Source of the DNA: Eledone cirrhosa
Lineage: Eukaryota
DNA: 64,000 nt
NCBI GenBank assembly: GCA_964016885.1
Contig: OZ024745.1
Location: 37,324,001-37,388,000, forward strand
Direction: 5' to 3'
This document shows, in pieces, positions 54,260 to 64,000 of this stretch. Every line of letters begins with the position of its first letter. Positions within the stretch are counted from its first letter, which is position 1. The translations under genes and the position numbers were made by a program. The notes below the pieces were generated by a model. It was not told the DNA's origin. It did not search any database and saw only the letters and a program-made list of their open reading frames with translations.

Positions 54260-55539
54260 GCATACACACATGTGTGTGTTTGTGTGTATATTCATATATG
54301 TACGCATGTATGTGTGAGTATCTTATCGTTTCTTAATCAGAAGGAGGAGTGGTGTGCGCGCGCGTGCAAACTCCATAACTTCCTTTAATTAATATATTAA
54401 TTCTATAAAAACAAATTTATCATGTGTAAAATGTTATATGAATGTTGGGAATCTCCAGCAATCGTCTCTTTAATTCACTAGAGGTCAACAAGACCAAATA
54501 ATTATATACATATATATACTTTTAGTTTTAAGCTAAAAAACAGAAGGTTATAACAGCGCAAAGTTGAAATCTGATAAATTCTAAAGCATTTTCTCTAACT
54601 TATTCATGGTTCAGATAACACGCTATGATAATGTGAATGGATTACTGTAAAAGATAAAATAAGACGATGTAATTGATATAATTAAATTTTTTAAGATACA
54701 ATTTTTGGAAATGACTTCGCTCTCAATATGGTGTAATTTAAAACGTTGATTTTGATTTTTGTATGTGTGTAAAATTCTTCTGAAAAATACTAAAGTAAAA
54801 ACAAATAATAATAAAAGTTTTAAAAATATCTTTTGAAAATGATGTTCTAAAAATATATGCCACAATGCACATTAAAAATATGACTCTAGAAGTATATTCT
54901 TTAAAGATCATGATCGGTTCGATTTATAACGCTCATTAGAAGGCTATGATAAAAATCTAACAACTATAAAATTTGTTGTAAATGCAAAATCTATACGTAG
55001 TACTTTAGGAATAGGTTTTCTTTTCAAAGTTTTTGATTCTCCGAAAGACATATGGAAAATAAGTGAAATATAATATAGTAATCACAAAGCAATTCGAAAC
55101 CGTTTCGTTGATTTAAACTTACTTCATGGTACTTTACAGCAATATTATTTCAATTTGTTTTATTTATTTTACGAAGAAAGAATGCGCTAGGTTCATAAGG
55201 GGTGTGGTAAAATTGGGTGGCATTCATACTTTAAAGTGGCATAAATGAAAGGGAATATATAAAACCGGAAATGGTAATTGTTATGAATACACAACTGCTC
55301 CGGAATTTATTTCGAAGGAAAGCAACAATTCTTTAAAAATTAACGGCAATAATGAAGTAGAAACGCCATACAGCATAATCTTCCGACCACTTCTTTCTCC
55401 GAACTTTACGCTTTTCCTGATGAAGGTGATGGAGGACTAACGCCCGATACTTTAAAACAAGCATATTCCTTTTCGGACAAGCGTGAAACTAATAAGATTT
55501 TGTCTTATTTTATCCCCGCGTTTGTCTTGCTTAACTTGA

Positions 55540-55591
<52 letters not shown>

Positions 55592-55599
55592 TATATATA

Positions 55600-55639
<40 letters not shown>

Positions 55640-55764
55640 TCAAGTTATGCAAGACAAACGCGGGGATAAAATAAGACAAAATCTTATTAGTTTCACGCAA
55701 AAACAAGATGGCGTAGGACAGAACAAAGGAGAGGCACAAAAACAACAAAAAATAAGAATCCCCA

Positions 55765-55807
55765 GTCACTGAAGAGGTCACAGAATGTGTGACGAAAGAA
55801 CTTTGAC
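55765..55807 (+). ncRNA. Minimal type I hammerhead motif in a PLE 3'-UTR fragment (about 55698-55965)
   Basis: GTCA-CTGAAGA-G-GTCACA-GAATG-TGTGAC-GAAA-GAAC-TT-TGAC; flanks resemble the 3' UTR of the large PLE (ATGGCGTAG upstream, ACCCTCCC..ATAACAATAT terminus). Confidence 0.75.
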
Positions 55808-55959
55808 AATATATGAACAACCGTCCGGTTGTGGAGCCAACCAATCAACCAACCGGAAATTGATAAATTCTTAAATTTATAAATTTAATTTATAATAAAT
55901 TGGAGTGAAAGCAACTGGTGCGTGTGTTTCTTATTGGCAACATAACCCTCCCAAAGCAT

Positions 55960-56058
<99 letters not shown>

Positions 56059-56101
56059 AAATTAAAATACTAGAGTGTGTTGGAGTTAAACACCCTCTTC
56101 G

Positions 56102-56351
56102 TATTATGAAAATAAACCAAAGAACCCTTCAATACATCAAAAGTCTTTATTAGCCAACAATGTTTCGTCCTATTAAGGACTCATCAGGGCAATTAAAGCT
56201 ATAAGAAGCACTATCGGTCAATAGTTTTTGGCTTGTATTGACCGATAGTGCTTCTTATAGCTTTAATTGCCCTGATGAGTCCTTAATAGGACGAAACATT
56301 GTTGGCTAATAAAGACTTTTGATGTATTGAAGGCTTCTTTGGTTTATTTTC

Positions 56352-56358
<7 letters not shown>
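56102..56358. mobile_element. Fold-back mini-element with two inverted canonical hammerheads
   Basis: Arms about 56102-56223 / 56236-56358; minus-strand HHR at 56152-56192; right end abuts (TA)n. Confidence 0.82.
56269..56306 (+). ncRNA. Minimal type I hammerhead ribozyme motif
   Basis: GCC-CTGATGA-GTCC-TTAATA-GGAC-GAAA-CATTG-TT-GGC. Confidence 0.85.
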
Positions 56359-56449
<91 letters not shown>

Positions 56450-56460
56450 TATATATATAT

Positions 56461-56642
56461 AACAAACAAAGAGGGTGTGATAAGATATTAGGTGGACCAT
56501 TACACTCCAGAGTACTCGATACTTGGGGTAGTAGAGTGGGTAATATGAAAAGATTCAGGACCCTGGTGGCTGAGCTCGAGCCGTTTCGACGGCTAGATCC
56601 GAACGGAAAGAGCTCAGCCGTCGGTGTCCTGAATCTTTTCAT
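56461..56642 (-). mobile_element. Fold-back mini-element (half-HHR family, diverged subfamily)
   Basis: Family tail followed by arms ATGAAAAGATTCAGGAC..GTCCTGAATCTTTTCAT; (TA)n flanks. Confidence 0.7.
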
Positions 56643-57330
56643 ATATATATTTGCAAAAAGTAAACCGAAATAACAATGTAAATGACAGAGTACAATGAAG
56701 AAATATATAAATTTAACGCTTGATATAGTAGGAAAAGAGTCTTAACCTTTCGATACTAGTCCTTCACAGAATGAGAAATAAAAAAAATATTTGAGAGTGA
56801 GAAGAGGAATGAACGGAAATTTCTTTTTGTGAAAAAGCAAGTGTGCATTCCGTCAGTATTTGTGCGTATGTGCATGTATGTGTACAAAATTGACAACGAG
56901 TCAGGAGTCAATGTAATGTGTCTCTTGTGTTTCTTTGACACATGTATTGCAGTATTAGCCTATGGGCAAATGCAAACGCTCAGTTTTGAAAACCAGATAT
57001 GTACTCTCATATATCCAGCCGCGGCTGAGCGTTACACTCTCTTTTGTAAAACATCTTTGGAGCCAAAGTTGTCGACCTCTTGCGGTGGTTCCTGGAAACT
57101 GATCGGATCAGGTGAACGACAACAAAGTGAGACAACAACAGTATCATACATAAGAAGAACTACTACACCATTGTCAAATCTTCTTTGGCTGGATTCGATT
57201 TACAAACTGAATCTTCCCGTATTTAGCAATGTTGGCGAAACTAGTTCCATTGCCTTTAATGTGATTTACAATATTTTCACGTAGCAAAATGTGTGTGCAA
57301 GTTCTGTTGTTGTTTTCGTAGCTATGGTTG

Positions 57331-57361
<31 letters not shown>

Positions 57362-58759
57362 TGTTGTTGTTGTTGTTGTTGCTGCTGCTGTTGTTGTTGT
57401 TGTTGTTGTTGTTGTTTTTGTTTTTTTGGCATTGTAAAAATGTTGCTTGACTCGTGTCATTGTCGTTTTTTTAAAGTTATATTTTGCTATCAAATTATCT
57501 TGTTAGTTTTCTTTATAGTTGACTTCATTTCAAAAAAAAAATTTCCTAATAGGGGAGCGTTGTCTCTTCGTCTGGCAGCCATATTTGAGTGAATGTGAAT
57601 TTGAAAGAGAGAAAAACAAAAAAAAAACAAAAAAAAAATATAAAAAACTATGTTTTTTAATTTGTATTTTTTCCCCCGAACTAGAAAACGCACACACACA
57701 CACGCATGCACGCACGCACACACACACACACACACACATACACACACACACAATTACACACACACACAACAACAACCTTTCACATTTTTAAGTAGCAGGT
57801 CTAGGAGATAGACACAGAAATAAACATCCAAATTTTAGGAAATAAGAAAATAATATAAAAAATTGTTAATCCAAAACAGGCGCTCCACGAGTACTCTAGT
57901 AGTAATAGTGGTGGCGGTGGTAGTGAGAATGTTTTCTCTTCTTTCTTTTTTGTTTTTTTTGTCAGAGTGACTGGAAACGTTTGGGTTATGTTTTTGTAGG
58001 TGAGCTGTTCCATTCTTATTCCGATGTGTAACATGCATTTCTGGAAGAACAGATGGAGTAATTCTAAAGATATCCACAGAAAATCGTTTTTCTCCTCATC
58101 TACAACCATGACAACCATCATCAGCAACACTAACACAACCACCATGGTCACCACAACCATAGCTACCATCATCATTTCCAACACAAGCACCACAACTAAC
58201 AACAATAACAACAACAATACAAGCACCATTGCTAACAATAACAGCACCAATACAACGTCCTTTTCTTCCCTTTTTTCCTCCTCAACCATCTCATCATCAT
58301 CCTCATCATTACCACCACGACCACCATCATCATCATCATCGTCATCATCATCCTTATAATTGTCATCACTTTACCACCAACATCATCATCAGTATTCTCA
58401 CCCTCCTCATCATCATTAACATTATTTTTACTGTTATCATCTTTCACATCACTATTACCATATTCTCAGTATGAACATATTTTTTAGCCGATATTCGTAA
58501 GTTCGTTAGTACTTTCTCGACAGCTAAGACTATGCTGTAACACCGCTTTAAAACAATATCTGTTATATAATATAGTAACATGTTAATTATTGTTGACCAT
58601 ATATCTTAACCTGCGTAGTTATGCTCCAAGGCGCTAGCCTAAACAATTTTTATTTCTAAGGAAGACCAGAAATTAGCCATGTAACAGATATTATCTCTGC
58701 ACGTCATCGGTGTTATTTAAGGGAAAGTCATAGGTCAAAATAGTTTGGTAACAGTGTCT

Positions 58760-60065
58760 TCTTAGGCGACACCAGAGCATAAAAGCCGAATCAAACACCA
58801 GAAGGTATTTTGCCTATCTCTCTAACAATTCTGTCAGTCCAAGGTCGTAGATATACACTTTAAACTATTAACCCCAGGATGAAATTAAAGTTGACCTTGC
58901 CCGGATTTGAGCTCAGAATGAAAAGACAGTGAACGCATGGCATTTTGTCATACTATAACGATTCAACCAATCAATTACCTCGGAGGATTACATTATTTTA
59001 TCGACCCCATAAAGGAATTTTCTCTTATGCTGTAACATTTTTGCCAAATCACTTCCCTGGACTCGTACTTTATTTTCTCCACTCTGTAGGATGAAATATG
59101 AAGTTGATCTCAGAGCCGGAACACATATTGAAAGCAAGATATTCTTTTCAATGCCCTAATAATTTTTCAAATATACCTCAGCAGGATTTGAACTCAAAAC
59201 ATAAAGAGACTATAAACATACAGTAAGCAAGGTATTTTTCGCGGCTCTTACAATGTTAATAATATCTAGAACGTTGCTATATTTTATCGATCTCGAAATG
59301 ATAAAAACAAAAGATGACTTTGGCGAGATTTTAATGCCGAACATAAAGTTTCGGAACAAACATCGCAGCGCAAGGATTTTGGAAAAAAAAACCCCATTAT
59401 TTTGGAAGGATGAAAGTCAAAGTCGATATCGGCATGATTTAAACTCAAAAAGACGGAACAAGTGCATTTAAATATTTTTTCCGATACCTTAACCATTCCA
59501 CCAACTCACTAATTTTCGTTTTATGGACTATGGAAAGGTAAAAAGTTATCCTCCATAGGCATTTTCTCCAACGCTCTAATGATTTTGATAATTTACTAAC
59601 CTGGAAGACTACTGTAGTATATCCATCTCGAAATGATAAAAAGCGAAACTGACATGAGCAAGATTTGAACTCAGAAGTGTTTTTTAAAGCGCTGTAACAA
59701 TTACGCCATACACCACTCTAGGCGGTGTACAATATTTAATCAGACACGGGGAACAAAAAGCAAAATTGACCTCGGCGTGAACTGAAATTTGAGTTTAAGT
59801 ACAGGAATAAATAAAGCATTTTCTTAAACATTCTAACAATTGTGCCAACTCACTAGAGAGGGCGCGGTGGAGTTTGGATTCAAAACACAAAGATTAGGAA
59901 CTCTTACTGCAAGTAAAGCAAGGTATTATATTCGGCGCCCTGGAAGATACATCAGATTATCAACCCCGGAAGGATAAAAACAGACCTCAGCGGGATTTGA
60001 ACTCAGAACACGATAAGTCGGAACAAATACAACAAAGCTATAACAATTCTATCAATCCACCGACT
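58760..60065 (-). repeat. Array of degenerate SINE family A-like fragments
   Basis: Recurring AGGATGAAA..AAAGTTGACCT..GGATTTGAACTCAGAA..GGAACAAATAC..CTCTAACAATT units. Confidence 0.6.
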
Positions 60066-60513
60066 TTCTTAACCTTTTAAAACCCCCTTTTTATATTTTA
60101 CTTTATACATTGATTTTCTACATATTTCATTAATAACTTTATATTTATTTTCTTTCAGATTTATTTGTATTTTATATATTTTTATGACGTATGCATATCT
60201 TTTCGCATTGATGTTGATGTTGTTGTCTCCCTTCTATATTTAATGTCATATTTAATATGGTTGCATTCTTTAGCCGTATGTCTTAGATAATAACGTAATA
60301 TGTAATATGCTGTAGAGCTGAGAAGGTAATTGATGAATAAGAAGAAGGAGGTTTAAATCCACTGACCCGGACACGTTCAGAAGCAATAAATCTTTACAAA
60401 AGCCGATATTACCATATTTCTTTCGACATTAGTCAGTCTTCAACAATTCCACGCGCATGTGCACACATATATGCATATATGTTTGTAACTGTGAGTGTGT
60501 GTGTATCTATGCA

Positions 60514-60597
<84 letters not shown>

Positions 60598-60933
60598 CAT
60601 ATATATATATATATAATACAGAGACACTATATATATATATGTATGTGTGTGTGTGTGAGAGTGTGTGAGTGTGTACTATTTATGTATATATAATACATAC
60701 ATATATATATTTTAAAACATATATGAACACCAACTTACATATATAGAGAGATCTATCATAGAGCCGCATGATCGTTATATATCATATATCGATCTCTTAT
60801 GACATATATATATATATATATATATACATATTATGTTTATCTATGGAAGAGATGTTACTAGTTACGTTCCGTACAACCATTGTTCAAATACTCCATACTT
60901 AAAGAAAGTACACTGTAGATATTATTATAGGAT

Positions 60934-61120
60934 ATAATTGTTTCTACTTTTGGCACAAGTCCAGCAATTATCCCAGTGTATTGGTACTTTATTTTATCGA
61001 CCCCTTAAGGATGAAAAGCAAAGTTAACCTCGGCGGGATTTGAACTCAGACCATAAAGGGCCGTAACTCTTTGCTGCAAAGCATGGCGTCCGACCCTCTA
61101 CCGATACTGCCAATCCACCG
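60934..61120 (-). mobile_element. tRNA-derived SINE, family A
   Basis: Reverse complement of the family consensus. Confidence 0.85.
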
Positions 61121-61780
61121 ATGTCCAACGGTCGAAGTTTAAACCGGATCGAAACGATTTAATCTTGACCGTTGGACATTATATAGTATAATACATATAC
61201 TTATATATATATATATATGCGCTCGCGCGCGTGTGTGTTTACATACATATATGTATAATATGTCTCTCTCTCTATATATATATATGAGCGTGCATATGCA
61301 ATCTTTGTTACTATTCAAGATCGATTGTGTCATTGAATCTTCATAGTTTAGTGAGAGCTCAGTTTATATTTGTTGCATAATTTCTTCCCATTTTCTTATA
61401 ATTATTATTCTTACTATCATTATACTTTCATTATTCTCAATAGTAGCTGGATACAATGCAGACGATAAATATACGTTTAAGGAAAAGAAGAGTCTGGGAA
61501 AATTTATATATGGACTTGACTCTCTTTAATTTTCGTTACTGATAGCTTTCTTGCATATATAATATATGTATATTTGTATGTATGTACGTATAATGTATGT
61601 ATGTATGTTTATATGTATGTATGTTTATATGTATGTATTATGTATGTTTATATGTATGTATGTTTATGTGTATGTATGTTTATGTGTATGTATGTATTAT
61701 ATAAGTATATATGTAAATATGTATGTGTCTATACATATATATATATATATATATGCTTACATACATGCATACATACATAG

Positions 61781-61830
<50 letters not shown>

Positions 61831-62096
61831 CATAGCGTGTTGTTTCCGTCATCGTTTTGTGTATTCTTGCAACTTTCTCTTTTCTAACGTTACAGTAACT
61901 TTCAAACATTCAAATTTGACCCGCATATTCGATATTCCCATGTAGACACGTGTACATACAAATATATATGCAAACATACAAATATGTTATACATATATGT
62001 CTACATACATACGTACACACAAATATGTTGACGCTCATGCATAATAAGTTCACATGTGTCTGTGTGCGAGTGTGTGAGTGAGTATGTGTGTGCATG

Positions 62097-62152
<56 letters not shown>

Positions 62153-62159
62153 TGTATAT

Positions 62160-62222
<63 letters not shown>

Positions 62223-62229
62223 TGTATAT

Positions 62230-62330
<101 letters not shown>

Positions 62331-62339
62331 TGTATATAA

Positions 62340-62385
<46 letters not shown>

Positions 62386-62410
62386 ATGTATATATACATA
62401 TACATATAGA

Positions 62411-62491
<81 letters not shown>

Positions 62492-62771
62492 ATATATATA
62501 TATATGAAAGGGAGAAGGAGAGAGAGTCGGCCTGTTAGTCACAGTGAAATCGCTTAGAAATGTAGGCACACACACACGTGTATGGTCACGTGCCTTCACC
62601 TCTTCTGGCTGCATCGTCCACGATAAGCAAAAAAGCGAGAGAGGTTGAGCTGCACGCGTGCGCAGCGCGGCTCCTCCTTTCATTAATTATTATCTCCCCC
62701 TATAACCCTCGTCAGAAAAAAGGGTGAGAGAGAGTAAGAAAGAAAGTGAGAGAGAGTGAGAGAGAGAGAAT

Positions 62772-62843
<72 letters not shown>

Positions 62844-62986
62844 CACACAAAAGAAACATATAGTAATAGTGATAATATGAACGTCATGCACACATTTTTT
62901 TAGAAAAGGGACAAAACTCATCAAAAAGCTGTGAGGGTTGAGACAGAGGCAAGCAGACGACAACGAAAGCTGTGTCACTCCCATCA

Positions 62987-63043
<57 letters not shown>

Positions 63044-63050
63044 ACTCTCT

Positions 63051-63083
<33 letters not shown>

Positions 63084-63805
63084 AGGTCTATATCGTTCTC
63101 CCTCTTCTTACTCGTCACCCATAATATTCTAGAATGACATTTTTGTCTATGTTCCTTTTTTCATTCTCCCCCTCTTATTTCTTTTTCTTCATCTTTACAA
63201 AACCAAAATCACAAACAAACGAATATTCAAAATTAATCAAGTCAAAATGATAATTAAGGGGGCAAAAAAGAAAAACAAAAAAAACTATAAAGCAAAGAAA
63301 AAAAGAATTAAGGACCGACGGTAAAAGAAAATATGAAAAAATCCCTAACTGTGCCCCTGTCAGTGCACAACATCAGCCCACCTATCTAAGTTATAAGAAC
63401 CTCACACCACCATAGTTGTTATATTAGCAAATATTGTTAATTAGTAAAGTATTTTCTTCTTCGTTTTCTCTTGTCTCCACCTTATTTCATCTATTCGCTG
63501 GACATCAACGTCGTGTGCTCCGCCCGGTTCATACTTTAGAATATGATATTAAAAATAGCCAAACTACGTGTGTTTAAAACAAAGTGTGAAATCGCCTTCA
63601 CTGCTGTAAGTCCCAATGTGTTGTAAGGACGCGTACGGCTAGCTGTTTATATATATTCTTCCAGTAAAAGACAGTGTGCATATGTAAACGCGTGCACATG
63701 TGTACTCAAATGTATGCGGGTAATGACTAAGCTACGAGATTTAACAAAACAAGAGTAAGTATATTTACGCACGTATACACACACATATATATATATGTAT
63801 ACACG

Positions 63806-63893
<88 letters not shown>

Positions 63894-64000
63894 CACACAT
63901 ATATACATAGATATATAACAATAAATAGTTAAATACATGTTAATGTATTAAAACTATGATTTTTATCTGCAAAAAATTAAGGGTTTATAATACTTAAATA

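Overview
AT-rich eukaryotic non-coding DNA saturated with microsatellites ((TA)n, (CA)n, (GA)n, (TATG)n, triplets). The repeat style suggests an octopus/coleoid cephalopod genome, which is an inference. I see no host protein-coding exon, and almost all ORF-track entries are microsatellite artefacts. All recognisable coding sequence is retroelement-derived: (1) a young 5'-truncated Penelope-like element (PLE; RT + Zn-finger + GIY-YIG) at about 50.2-52.6 kb with a near-identical 1.5-kb inverted arm; (2) three R4/Dong-type RLE non-LTR retrotransposon copies sitting in (TATG)n; (3) RTE and CR1/L2-like relics. There are also many tRNA-type SINEs, RTE-tailed non-autonomous elements with a covarying structured 5' end, and a few MITEs. 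The main hidden signal is about 18 type I hammerhead ribozyme (HHR) motifs from roughly 9 sequence families. Many lie in short fold-back cassettes with a shared architecture, (TA)n - inverted arm - turn - sense arm - unpaired 3' tail - (TA)n, identical to that of the large PLE. In one family the fold-back point falls repeatedly, and apparently independently, inside HHR stem II, deleting the CUGAUGA core. All coordinates and folds were read by eye.
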